Shown here: in pieces, positions 1 to 12,536 of the stretch
How positions within the stretch are numbered: position 1 is the stretch's first letter
How the letters are laid out: every line of letters begins with the position of its first letter
Source: Geosiphon pyriformis uo1
Lineage: Eukaryota > Fungi > Glomeromycota
DNA: 64,000 bases
Assembly (NCBI GenBank): GCA_016748015.1
Contig: JAAOMT010000176.1
Span: forward strand, 234,434-298,433
Reading direction: 5' to 3'
Notes under the pieces: model-generated
The model's input: only the letters and a program-made list of their open reading frames with translations
What the model was told of the DNA's origin: nothing
Database searches by the model: none
Position numbers and translations under genes: made by a program

Positions 1-753
1 TTTTTTTTTTTTTTTTTTTGGGAAGAATTCTATCCTTGATTCCTATCTATTTCTTTTTTCATTGAAATTTCGGTGAGAATTATAATTATGATTATGATTA
101 AATTTTTTGATTTCATTATTTCACGTTTCAGGCTGAAAATCACGGATATTTTTTGAAATAATAACAACAATGTTATTCTTTTGATTTGAAAAAAGTTTTT
201 TTGAATTTCTATTAATAATAAATCAAAATTTGAAATTTAAAAGTTTTTTTTTTTATATCAATATTGATTTTTTGAAACACAGGTTTATTACGTAAAAATG
301 ATGTCATTTCATGATCTCTCAGAAATTGCAAAGAGAAAGATATTTCTAGGAATTTTTTCTTACGTTAAACTTTTTTCCCTTGAATTTTTTTTACGTGTGA
401 AATGAGCGATTTCATGATAAAAAAAAATTGTTCTAGAAGACTCGAAGAAACATCACCGATTTCCCTCTTTGAGTATATTTCAAAACTGAAAAAAAGATAA
501 TATTATTTCAATAAAAAATAAAATAAAAAAAATCTACATCAATACTTTTTGACAAAAATATTTTAGTTTCACACATCTGACCCTTCATAATATTATGTAC
601 CAAAAACGGAGAGTTTAAAGAACTTTTCATCATCATCAATGAGACAAATATTTACTTCTTTTTTAAATTTTTTTTTTTTTTTAAGGCTTTTATTATGTGT
701 ATCCGGCATGTCAGATTGACAAAAATAAATTTTTAAAATTTGTCGATTTATGA

Positions 754-789
754 TGATTATGATTATGATTATGATTATGATTATGAATT
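754..789. repeat. (GATTAT)n microsatellite
   Basis: About 6 tandem GATTAT units; a shorter copy lies at ~84-99. Confidence 0.9.
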
Positions 790-1544
790 ATGAAAAACTT
801 CAAACATGTCAATCCTTTGGGCTTACAAATCATATCATCCCTTTATATTCTTGCTAAAAATGAAAAACATAAGATACACAAGTTGAGAAAAGAATTTCTA
901 TCTTTTGTGTTACAAATTGAAAACCGGTAAAATGGCAACGACTATGATGATGATCCAAAATTTTTTTTGGTAGCAAGTGTTGCTTTTACTTTTGACGATG
1001 TATAAAGATTTTCTGATTACCCTGAAAACCCAATATTAAAATGCAGGAATTTCCAAAATTATAATGTTAATTTCAAATTGTTTTCTAGAAGGGGTCAAGT
1101 CTCATCATAAAGATCTTTTAGAAAACCATGTTGCCCTGATGATGGTAATGACCCCGATAAAGATTTTCTAATTCTTGTCAAACATTATGCTACAATGTAA
1201 AAACCGGGAAAATAACAAATTGTTTGCTAACTAGATTAAAAAAAAAAAAAGTTAAAAATTTTTGTCTTTGGATCCTTTTGCCAGGTAAACAGGATGTAGA
1301 TTACATGGATAAGGAAAATATGGTGATCAATCAATACAAAAAAAATATTCAATCGAATCTTCTTTTAAAGTTCACTGATCGTTAAAACTAATTTTCTGGT
1401 TTACTGATTTTTTGTTGCCTTATTCTTGTCACAATATAAAAAATTTGTCCGACTTTATATACATATTTTTAGTTATCTCTTATTTTAGATTTTGATAATT
1501 TACTTTTCTCTAGAAAATATCGAGATTTAAGAAATTAAACATTT

Positions 1545-1580
1545 CCCCCCCCCCCCTCCCCCTCCCCTCCCCTCCCCTCC
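1545..1580 (-). repeat. poly-C/(CCCCT)n tract, G-quadruplex-capable on the minus strand
   Basis: C12 followed by several TCCCC units. Confidence 0.8.
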
Positions 1581-2112
1581 ACTAATAATCATTTCTGATC
1601 ACAAAAATCATTTAAAAGTTATTCCCGATCTCCGAATTACCGTAACACATCAATAATAGGCAATACTAAGTATTGCTATCATTCAATGCTTCATCGATAA
1701 TATTCGCGGGCGCTTATGCAAAAAGTAACATTCCGAGAAACAACTTTTCCCTTGCGCTTTTCGCCTGCTCTGAGGCTCTCGCAGATCCCAGGCAGTTCTC
1801 CCTTCCCTGCATAAACCAGATAAAGACTGTGTTGATGCCAAGAATGTCTTGTAAGAGTTCATGCTCGTCCGAGGTCGCATCGTCCCAAGAGAATCACGAG
1901 TTTCGTAGAACGGAGGAAAAAGATATATCGGAAGAGGTCGGAGGCAAATCGGCAAAGTATATCATGCTGGTGATCACAATTTCCGAGACCATTCTACGGC
2001 TTGTTCGTTCCGAGCGTTTGGAATTCATACCTGGCCCGATATCGTCGAGGAGTTCACAGGTTGAGGACAACCTTTCTTGGTGGTGGAGGTATCAGCCTTT
2101 TCGCTGCTAATT

Positions 2113-2164
2113 TGTGACGTCACAGACGATCCGTCATATATATATATATATATACAACACGCGT
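2113..2164. promoter_or_regulatory. Promoter-like cluster: CRE palindrome, (TA)n, MCB-like ACGCGT
   Basis: TGTGACGTCACA at 2113-2124, (TA)9 at ~2136-2154, ACGCGT at 2159-2164, all in CpG-retaining DNA. No downstream gene identified. Confidence 0.3.
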
Positions 2165-2518
2165 TACCCTTTCTACTAGTGTTCTCATTATTCCGTGAAG
2201 TAAGCTACCACCAACCCTTTGTTTGACGGCTTTTGCTCAACAGCAGCTACTGAAAGGGGAAAGGTCTGCATTTCTAATTCAGGTGCAATGGAGGATTGGT
2301 TTGCACTCTGCCCAAGTGCGCCTTGGGAAAGGGTGACTGTGTCTCAAGCAAACTAGAAGAATCAGGACATATGCTCTTAAGCGTCCCTTAAGATCAGTTT
2401 GTACTCTTTTGCCAAGTGCACTATCAATCGTCATATGAACAATTCTTAACGCATTATCGCGATATCACTCTTAAAGTGCCACCATTCAATAATGATTGGA
2501 GGCACTTTGGAAGAACAC

Positions 2519-2646
2519 AGAAGGTGGCGTCCTCGCCGAGAGTTTTTAGGTGGCGCCCTAACAAAGCATTTTGTGAGTTTGCTTATATTTTGCACCACTG
2601 AGAGGAAGGTAGTTCCCTCGCCTCTCGGAATTAGGTGGCGCCCTCG
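2519..2646 (+). repeat. Four copies of an AGGTGGCGCCCT-like motif (two degenerate ~45-bp direct repeats)
   Basis: AGGTGGCGTCCT 2522, AGGTGGCGCCCT 2548, AGGTAGTTCCCT 2607, AGGTGGCGCCCT 2633. Confidence 0.7.
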
Positions 2647-4023
2647 GTGCGAAATATAGCAAGCTCTGGTGATCATTATTATATCTAGCAATTTGGCAAA
2701 ACCATGGATAACACTCCTTGGGTAATCCAGAACATTGATAACTTAGACGCTGTCAAATTCTACGAAAATTTTTCGTATTCGCACTAGAGGAAAGTGAATG
2801 CTGAACAGGATCTGAAAGTTGCTTTAGAATTCTTAAGCAACCACCAAAAACAGTCGATTCGAAGACACCGTTAATTCACATTTTACCGAATATCTCCCAA
2901 TTTTGGACAAATTTTGACCCGAAGAAAACCCTCCCGACCACACAGGTATATAATACGTTATTGATATTGTCTCTCGTTAGAATTGCGTCTAATTATTACT
3001 ATTAACCACTAACAGTCGGAGGTCATGGTCAATACACAACTCAACCCATTGGGTTGTTGAAAATGATGAAAGTCGCAAACGAACAATTAGGTTCCGTCAC
3101 TCGCCTGCCTACCAGTGGGACAGGGAACAAAGTAGAATTACTTCTGAACTTTGGAAATTTTACTATTGGATTACGTCTGTTTAATACATTAACTCTTATG
3201 TGTTATATATTATAAATATCAAAAATTCACCTATTAGATTTGCGTCAATGCCTTCTATTCCGGGGCGTGGTAAGCGGAAGTTAGGGAATTGCCGGAATAT
3301 AGTCAGGTATGGCGAAATTTTCAGATACATTGGTCAACGTTTAAATTTTTGTTTTTGCACAGAACATAAAGATTCGTCTGTTTGAATGCCAATCATCCGA
3401 AAGCGAGCGCGAGGGGGACAATGACTGTGAAGATTTCAGTAGCTCAGACGACAATGTTGCCCATTGGGACCGACTTTGATTCGAGAACAATGATGAGGTA
3501 AGGGAAAAAGTAAGGAATATCCTATGTTCTATCAGTTGTCACTAAACTTCTAGAATCTCACTGAACATCAGATTTTTCCAAAGTTTCCATGGTTCCAATG
3601 GAAACTCTCACTGGAAGAAATTTTTCACTAGACTCAATATAATAATATTAACCAATACATTAATAGCTAAAAACTAAAATTATTATAAAAACTTGTTTTT
3701 AAAACAATATACCAAATATATTATTTTGTTTTGTCATTTATTGTTAAATGTTTATACTTACTTAACAAATTACTTTTTATATTTTTATAATTATTAATTT
3801 TAATTATTAAATGTTGTTATATTTGATTTTTCAATTTATTTTATTTATTATTTGAAAGTAAAAATAATTAATTAAAACAAAAAGTAAAAAAGAAACAATA
3901 TTTAGTTTTTAATTATAAAGACAACTAAACAGCATTTTACAAAAGCAGTTTTTAACTGTTAAAAAAACATTTGGTTTTAAGTAAAAAACTTTTTTATTTA
4001 AACCAATACATTAAAAGTAGTTA

Positions 4024-4146
<123 letters not shown>

Positions 4147-5414
4147 TAAAACTTTTAACTATAAATTAGTAACCAAATTACTATTCTTTTTTTTACTGTT
4201 AATTAAAACTTTAGTTAATATTATAATATAATTTGTATCTAAATTTAATATAAATAAGAAAAAAATTAGAGCAAAAAACGAAATATTATTTTAATATTAC
4301 AAAATAAATTAAAAAAAAACATATTAAATTAAGTCAAAAAAAAAATAACTTAAATTATTTTTTTACTATTTGTTAAAATAACACAGTTTATAATAATTAA
4401 TACCAAAAAGAAATTAAATTTAATTACCAAAAATTCAAAAATTTAAATTTACAAAAAAAAAAATTAATATATTAATTAACATATTAAAAAAAATATTAAA
4501 CAATTATTAATTTTTACATATTAAGCAAAAATTACAATATATATATTTAAATTTTAATTTATAATATATTAAATAATACTATTAAAATTATATTAAATAT
4601 TTAAATATAAAAAAAAATTTTAAAAAATATTATAATTTATTTTAAATTTTATACAATTATGTTTACAAAATAAAATATTTTTTTTAAATATAAAAAACCA
4701 AATAGAATATTATTTATTAATACCAAAAAATTTAAAAAACTTAAATTAAAAACTTGGTTTTAATTTAGCAAAATATAGTTAAAAAATATTAATTAATAAT
4801 TATATAATATATATTTATTAATAAAAACAAATTTAATAAAACATTAAATTAAAACTAATAAACCAAAAACCAAAAACCAAAAAACTTGTAAAATTTTATT
4901 AATTAACTATAAAAAATATTAAAATTATAATTTAATTTTATAAATTTATAATTATTATTGGTTATATTAATTTAAAAAAAATAAAAAAATCTGTTTTTAT
5001 GTAAATTATTAAAAACTTAATAATATTATTTAAAAACTATTTAATGTTTTTAATAAAAAAATAGTTTTTTATTTTATTTTATTTTTTTATTAATGTTTAA
5101 CAAGTAAGACCCAAAAGTTTTTTATTTTAAATTTTTTTAACAATAAATATTAATAAATAAAATAATTTGTTTTACAGTTCAAATTCAAAATACATTATAT
5201 AAAAAAACATTAATTTAAATAATTTATTACAAATAAGACAAACTTAAATTACTATTTAATAAAAATTAATAATTTTTTTTTTTTTTTATTAACATATTTA
5301 ATGAGCATAGTCCAATCACTATCTAGTACATAGAACCAAACTAAGAGGCTCAAACTAAATGTGACTTACATACTTTCTACATGTGGCTAGCCACTCAGGC
5401 CAGACAAGACAACA

Positions 5415-8400
5415 CTACACATCTATAACTACCTGCACACTGCCACCCAAACCAGAAAAGAAACAATAAAGCTTCCAATGACCAAAGCTAACAGCAAAGG
5501 AATTGGCCACACCAAGCAATCTTACAACACCATCAGACAAAACCGAAGACACACCATAAGGGAGTTCAGAAACAACACCAATGTCACAGACCAAACCAGT
5601 CTTCTCCATCACCACCCGGTGGCTGGCCCTAGCCAACCATACTTTAGCACAATGTAACCCAACAACAAACCTGACATAATCAACAATCCGAGCAGTGGCC
5701 ACCTTCTTATCCTCAAAAATACCGCAAGTCCCCTCATACCACTCCTCCAGCACAAACTCTTTGCACACCAAAGTGTACAGTCCAACATCAATGGAACATT
5801 GAGACAAAACCCACAACACGGTAGAAGCAGGGGAACCACCAGCCAAAGCTGACCAACGGGCAGAAGCCTCTACCAAAATCTCACCATGGATGCCAGACTC
5901 ATGAACACAAATAAAAGCGTGGTCAGAGAACTCCACCTTACTGCAAAACAGACACAATACACTAAGGTAGCACTTATCATACAACCTCTTCCTTACCACT
6001 ACTGGCAATTTCCTGTGCACAGCCTTTATAACATAAGTACGAAGCATTGAGGACGCGCGGCTAGTGAACCCAGCAAGCATATGAGAATCAGGATGCCACA
6101 CCTTTGCTGTGACAACCCAGTTTATGCAACCAATCATTGCATCCGGAACCATGTCACAACCAGGCCCAGCTTTCCAATGAGCACAACAAATTGATTGAAA
6201 AATATTTCTGACAAAATGACAGGCATTACCAGAAACAGTGACACCCTCAGCAACCAAAAAATGTTCACGCACATCAGCACAAAGGAAAAAAAGAGACTCA
6301 GAGACAGCCCCAGCAGCCAAGTCAGCTCTCATATTACCAGGAATCCCAGAGTGTCCTTTTACTTTAACCCAACTCATGCTAAGATCCTTATCCCTGACCA
6401 AATTGAAAATATGATGCCTCTCCAGCCAGCATTGATTACGGAAATCAGGGGCAACCAAAGACATCTTAGACACACATGCGTCAATGGCAGCCTGGCTGTC
6501 AAGACGTAACACCACAGTACTTAAAGAAGGAACACACTCCAAAGCCAAAGCAATAGTCTGTAACTCAGCCATAGTAGATGACAAAAGGCCACAAACAGCG
6601 ACATCAATGCTTTTATTCAAGACCAGAAAGTATGCAGCAGCACCACAGGTGACCTCAGCAAAGCCTGCATTCCTCAAAGACCCATCCATAAAAACTTCAA
6701 AAAAGCCCGACCAAATGTCATGCACACCATTTTTTATTGCAGAAAATTCCTCAGACCCCAAAATGTCCAAACCAAGCTTTTCTGCAGAGCCAATAGAACC
6801 AGAAACTGAGTAACCCTGATTTTTCAAAAACTCAGAAGAAACCATGAACCAGTGAGGCACAGAGCCACGCGGATCCAACCTTTTCCAATGATGAAAAGTT
6901 TTCCAATCCAACAAAACGCCTTTCTTATCAAAAAGCTGATCACCAAAAGTGACACCAAAACGTTTAAGAGATTTGACCGAATCAAAATACAGAGACTTTC
7001 CAAGAACAGAAGACAATGAAAACTGACCAGGACTATGAAATGCAGTGGGGAGGTTGTTCACCAAAGCAAGCTCATTGCTCAGAAAGATCTTTACCATTCC
7101 AGCCAAAAAATTGTTCACCGGACTAACACGCAATCTGACCGAAAACTGCAAAGGATCCAAAGGAGCCCAACCAAGAACCTGTAGGTCCAAAAACCTATGT
7201 CTAAACAAATGCCCAAGAACACCAAAGGCATTAGAGAAAGCCATCAAGGCAGCAACCTTCCCTTCTGACTGCATCTGCTCAAAAGGCTTTAGGCCATACA
7301 ATGAGAGATGATGCAAAGCAGCATCAGGAAAATCACGGGAGAGACAAGTCTTGGACTTAAGACCCTTTCTAACCAAGACATCCCACTTGCAACAAACATT
7401 AGATGAGACAAAACTGAACTGAATATGATAGCTAACAATAGGCTGCAAAACAGCTGACACCAGATAAGAGAATTGTTTGTCTGTAATAGCCTTTCTAAGC
7501 ACAACATTGACGAAGAAATGCACATCCGCATGAACCTTGGCAACACTTGGCTTGGAGAGCCCTTCAGTTGACAGAAAAATACCCAGATACCGATGTGCCT
7601 CCCCTTTCTTAACAATAGAAATTGGCTGACCACAAATGTTCAGTGAAGCAACTTTAACACCCTGATTGATGGGAATAGCTACTGTTTTCTTACTATTGAT
7701 AGAGATATCATTAATCACAAAAAATTCACTGGCAATGTTCAGAGCATATTGAGTAGAAACCTGACAATTTCCAACTCAGATCGTATCATCAACAAATGCA
7801 CCAGCCGAAAAGTACAATGTCAAACCACCACCACTCTCAATTCTGCCAGATTTTGAAACAAACTTAGTATCAATCCAGTACCCACACAATTGTTTGTGCC
7901 TCTTAATCTTACACAAAAGCGGATCATAAAAAATTCTCCAAAGAAGCAGCGAAAAGACCTCACTCTGATCCAGCCCATCATGCACCTTATAACCACCAGA
8001 CAAACCAAAATCAGTCATCACCCTATTAACTCTATCCTCATGAATACTACCAAAAAACCTTATGAACCTTTCACACATCTTGACATGCTGCAAACTAGCT
8101 CTTAAATGATGCCACCCAACTAAATCGTAAGCTTTCCGCATATCTTGCAAGACCAACCATAACTCCCTATCCTTCTCAATGGCATCTTCAATCACCGATC
8201 CGACAGCAAACACCGGAGATTGTGTTGACGTACCCTTCAGCACCGAAAAGTTGTCACCCTGAAGAACATTGAACTTGTTACAAGCCATTGAAATACAATT
8301 AGACAGAATCTTGGAAAGAATCTTCCTGGCAGTCTCAATCAAAGCAATGGGCCGGGTGTTTGTAAGAACTCCATCCCAGTCATAAGGCTTAGGAATCATT

Positions 8401-10100
8401 GACACCCAAGCCTTCTTCCACAAAACAGGCACCACACCAACAGACAAACATTTATTAAACAGTGCCAACAGGCACCCCAAAACCACCTTACCACCATGTT
8501 TCCACAACTCATTAGGAACACCAGACAAACCAGCAGCCTTGCCATCAGGAAGACCACCAACAACAGAAAGTAATTCGCTCATACTGATTGCACTCATAAC
8601 ACCCGAAAAAGCATCATCCCGAACATAGTCCAAAGGCGCGTACTGACGAGCCCAAAGACCAGGAAGCACTAACTGCACAGAGTGTTTTCTTGTCTACCTC
8701 TCCATTATTCTATCCACACTGGACTTTACCTCCTCAGGCAACAAAACCAGATCATTATCAACTATCAAGTGATCCAACACAATCTTGCGAAAAGGCTTTT
8801 CCAACACACTCCTGATCATACTACTCTTATTCGAACAGAAATTATCCATGCGCTTCTCAATCGCCTTCCTAACCGAAGCTTCCTCAGCCAACCTAGACTC
8901 AAACATCTTCGATCTCCTGTAATCTCTGTGAACTAATGACAAATGCCCAACAACAACATCAGATTTAACACTCAAGCCAAACAAGTCCTTGAAAACACGA
9001 GCCTTTGTGTCATCCAAAGTCAACCATTTACTCACAAGACAATTAGCACCCAGCAAGTCACCAGAGCAAAATTTCTTGACAATCTTGGCCACCAACAATT
9101 CCAGACCAAAAAACCTAGAAAAATGTTTGTTTCTCAAACACTTGAATTCACTAAATCAAAGCCTTAAAAATGTTACATCAGCAGAATCCACCACAGCTCC
9201 CACCAAAACTGCTCACATAACATCCACATCACCACATATTTCAGCACCAGAGAACACCTCACCCAAAGACAAAAGTTTAGCTGACAAGAGATCCCTAAAC
9301 TTAGCTCATCCAATACAGTCAGCATCCTTAATTTTGAACTTCCAATGATCTCTATTCACCTGCTTGCACAAACTATTCAATTGTATATCTAAAAGCCCAC
9401 CCAAACCTACCAAAACCACAACTGCCTTGTGATTGGTGTTAAAGAAATCTGAAACAGAGACAACTTAATGACCAGCAACAGCAGAAGACAAATTACTACC
9501 AACAAAAATGTAATCAATCGTTTTCCCAACCCCTTTCGAATTGCTCCATGTATAAGAATTAGCCAAATGATGACCAACAAATGAATTGACCAAACCCAAA
9601 CTCAAACAAAATTTGAAACTGGCATTTCTACCAGATCTATTTTCATTAAAGTCTCCACTTAAGATAACAAAATTGCTGGAGTTGACCGCCTTTGCAATGA
9701 GAGAGTTAACTTCAGAAGCCTGACCAAATCTAACTTCAGAGGAGGCACCAGCATACAACCCCAAAACAGTAACCAAGAGCTTGCTCTTAAACAGGAGCCA
9801 AACAGAAATGACCTAACCAAGAATTTCCTCCACCTTAGACACATGATGGGCCAAGGAAATATTCATAATGATTGCAACCCCAGCACTCATAAAACCCTTA
9901 TCCAAGCCAGAAAAAAATACTCGCACTCCATCAAATTTGTTCTTAATCCATGATCCAGAAGAGGACCTCAACTTAGTCTCAGTAATAAAAGAAACCATAT
10001 TCCCCGAGTTCACATGCCAATGAACAACATCTGCTTGCTTCACAGGAACATTGATACCCTGAATGTTGCACGTAGTAAATTTCCAAACCAAACTACTCAT
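5415..10100 (-). pseudogene. LINE-1 ORF2: AP endonuclease - reverse transcriptase - RNase H - CCHC finger
   Basis: One frame (~1560 codons) with 6 nonsense mutations and no indel. APE motifs TCNIQG, ETKL, GDFN, IDYIF; RT motifs RPIALIE, QDMRKAYD, AFVDD; RNase H motifs DGS, AELQ, DSQAAI, WVKVKGHSGIPGNMRAD; C-terminal CLFC..HAFIC. Confidence 0.93.
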
Positions 10101-12053
10101 TGAGATGGAGAAAAAGCCAATGAACCCGAACCAGAACACAGATGATCCAATCTATCCAAAACCAAATGAACTGAAGCCTTAAGAGCCACCATATTTGATT
10201 TCAAACTGCCAATCTTGACAGTCAAAACCTTAGAACTGCTCAGACTGAAATCAACAATCGACTCACCAACATTGGGAGGAGAAGAGGCAGACAATAACAA
10301 CGTACTATTCAAAGCCAAACCTGAGTCCACATCTAAAACAACGGCAGTTGGAGACACCAAAGGAAGAGCTGAAAGAGAGAGCACCAATGACACCAAGTCA
10401 ACAAAACTTAATTTCTTTAAAATGAGTGAGACTTGATCTGAGAGAATTTCTATGGAGCATTCCAGCACAGCTAGGCAACTACCTACATCAGCAGCACCAG
10501 ACAAGGAGGAATCCATTGAGAAAGCCTTCGAACCAGAGATCAAACCAACACCAGGAGCACCTGAAAAGACAACACGAGAGGGAGAGCTGCCTGCCACTTG
10601 GGCCCATGTCTTTCCACCAAAAGAAACTGGGCGGACAATTGGTGCCTGCTTTTTCCTATAAATATTGGCCAAACGTATCCTATTCTGAGAAGTCACCGCA
10701 CGTTTCCCATGACCTCCAGACCCCCTACTCACAGAGCAATCAGCAGCAGTATGACTAAACAGTTTGCAATGAGTGCAACTGGCCAAGGAAAGACCAGCCC
10801 AACACAAACCCACACTCTTGAAAACCAGAACCAAACCAATAGCAGCCAACTTGAATGTCTCACTTTCAAAACAAACTACAGCACACTGATCACGAACATA
10901 TGAAGATGGATTACGGCCAATAAAACAAGTTTTCCTACCATAGGCCTCCACCAATGCAGACAAATCATGAGCAGTGGAGCCAACTAGAAGAGTGTAAAGC
11001 AATGCCCGATGCTGATCCCTAGATACCCACGTTTGTTTATCAACATTTGCCCTTGCCATGCGAACAGAATCTTTTCTCATGAGCACAGACTATTTAGCTG
11101 TGACCAAATCAGCTATCTCAGATGATTCATATTCCACTAGGGCCTTTTGCCAAAGACCAATAAGCTGTACTTTGATTGAAATAACCTTGCCAAACTTGGA
11201 GAACACTGCCTCAATCGCTGATTTGGGAAGATCTACTGGGATTTCCTTGACGATCACCTCCCGATCTGAACGGCTGTTTACTTTTTTTAGATCATCATTT
11301 ACCAAAATTTTTTCACTGATTGCCATTTCCCTTGCCTTAATCAAACTTTTTTCAGATGTAAATAATGACCTAATTATTCCTGGAAATTTTGAGGGGGTCG
11401 AAACCCCCCCCAAAACCATCAACGCAATAAAAAATTTTTTTCACACAAACCAACTTATCACCATTAGTTTTGCCAGGAATGGCAGATAGCTCAATATCCA
11501 ATGCAAATGATTTTAACGAATTAAAACTCCATTTCTCCAGTGCACGTGACCCGACTGGAGGAAGGTGATTGGACCCACAAAATTTAGGACTCGGAAGAGG
11601 CAAAGTGTCTTCACCATCACTTAAAATGTCAAAAGAGAAAGGTGGTGGCTTACTGTTCAGAACATAGGTGCGGGTACACGTCTTCCTTGGCGTGACATCG
11701 TTCATGTTGTCATCCAAACCTGAAACATCCAACTTTGCATAGCTAGTTTCCTCAGCAATGACATTTTCCAAGTTATCCAAGTCCGAGACGCCACTTACGC
11801 TGTCCACTTTGCTGTTGACTTCACTAGCCCACGATTGTCCAATAATAGGTCCGTCACCACTTTCATCCATAACGTTCGAGACACCAGCAGACAATTCCAC
11901 TAAACCATCAACTGCCACAGGTTTCTTCGGCTTCTTATAGGACACACTGCGAGATTGAGGACCAACCGAATGCTTATTTTTGACACCAGACCAGGTCCCC
12001 AACCCAGCCGAAACGGACCCAGAACCATCAGCAGCAAAGCCCACCAGTTTCAT
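10097..12053 (-). pseudogene. LINE-1 ORF1 (gag-like: RRM-like segments, CCHC knuckle, coiled-coil tail)
   Basis: ORF pieces 11370..12053, 11090..11422 and 10097..11086 joined by a slip in a C8 tract (~11404-11411) and a TGG>TAG stop. Motifs VIVKEIPVDLPKSAIEAVFSKFG and CTHCKLFSHTAADC. Confidence 0.88.
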
Positions 12054-12536
12054 AGTTACAAAAAGGGAAATGTCTGAAGAAATAACTGGAGAAAGTTGAA
12101 GGGGAAAGAGAAAAGGAAGGCTATTTCAATGATGACTCAATGCTCTCATTGTGACCAGGGGATCAACAAAAGAAAGAGTTTTTTATTAAGCATTAATAAT
12201 AAATAATTAAATATATTAATAATTATATTAATATTTATTGATATTTTAATTTTAAAAAAATTATCTTAAAAATTAAAACTAAATTCAAAAACAATTTTAT
12301 TTAATATAATAGATTATATTAATAATATTAATAAAATTAAAACAATATATTTAAAATAAAAATAATAAAAATAATAATATTTAATATGTATTTAAATTCA
12401 ATTTTTTTTTATTAAGTTTTTAATGAGTGAAACCCAATCACTATCTAGTACAAAAAGCCAAACTAAGTAGCCTATACTAGACATGACTCATGCATTTCCT
12501 ACATGTGGCTAGTCATTCAGGCCAGACTAGGCAACA

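Larger units (their letters stand above)
5274..12191 (-). mobile_element. LINE-1: full-length non-LTR retrotransposon (ORF1 + APE-RT-RNaseH ORF2), least degraded copy
   Basis: Poly-A tail (T-run ~5273-5287), ~125-nt 3' UTR shared with LINE-2/3, two ORFs. Possible TSD ATTAATAAT at 5265-5273 and 12192-12200 (weak in AT-rich DNA). Confidence 0.93.

Noticed and set aside
870-1200. Possible exons of a host gene
   Set aside because: Only short open frames with no recognisable homology or consistent splice pattern.
1673-2110. 145-aa + strand ORF and overlapping 90-aa minus ORF
   Set aside because: Non-ATG starts, no recognisable domain, neither strand is convincing; cannot be called a gene without expression or homology data.
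7776-9815. TGA at Trp positions suggesting an alternative genetic code
   Set aside because: TAG and TAA occur at equivalent sites and stops mostly differ between copies; they are explained by G>A/C>T mutation.
11404-11411. Frameshift in LINE-1 ORF1
   Set aside because: One extra base in a G/C homopolymer; LINE-2 reads through in frame at this position.
6195-11940. Many + strand ORFs within LINE-1 (and similar antisense ORFs in other elements)
   Set aside because: Shadow ORFs antisense to TE coding frames, favoured by strand skew.
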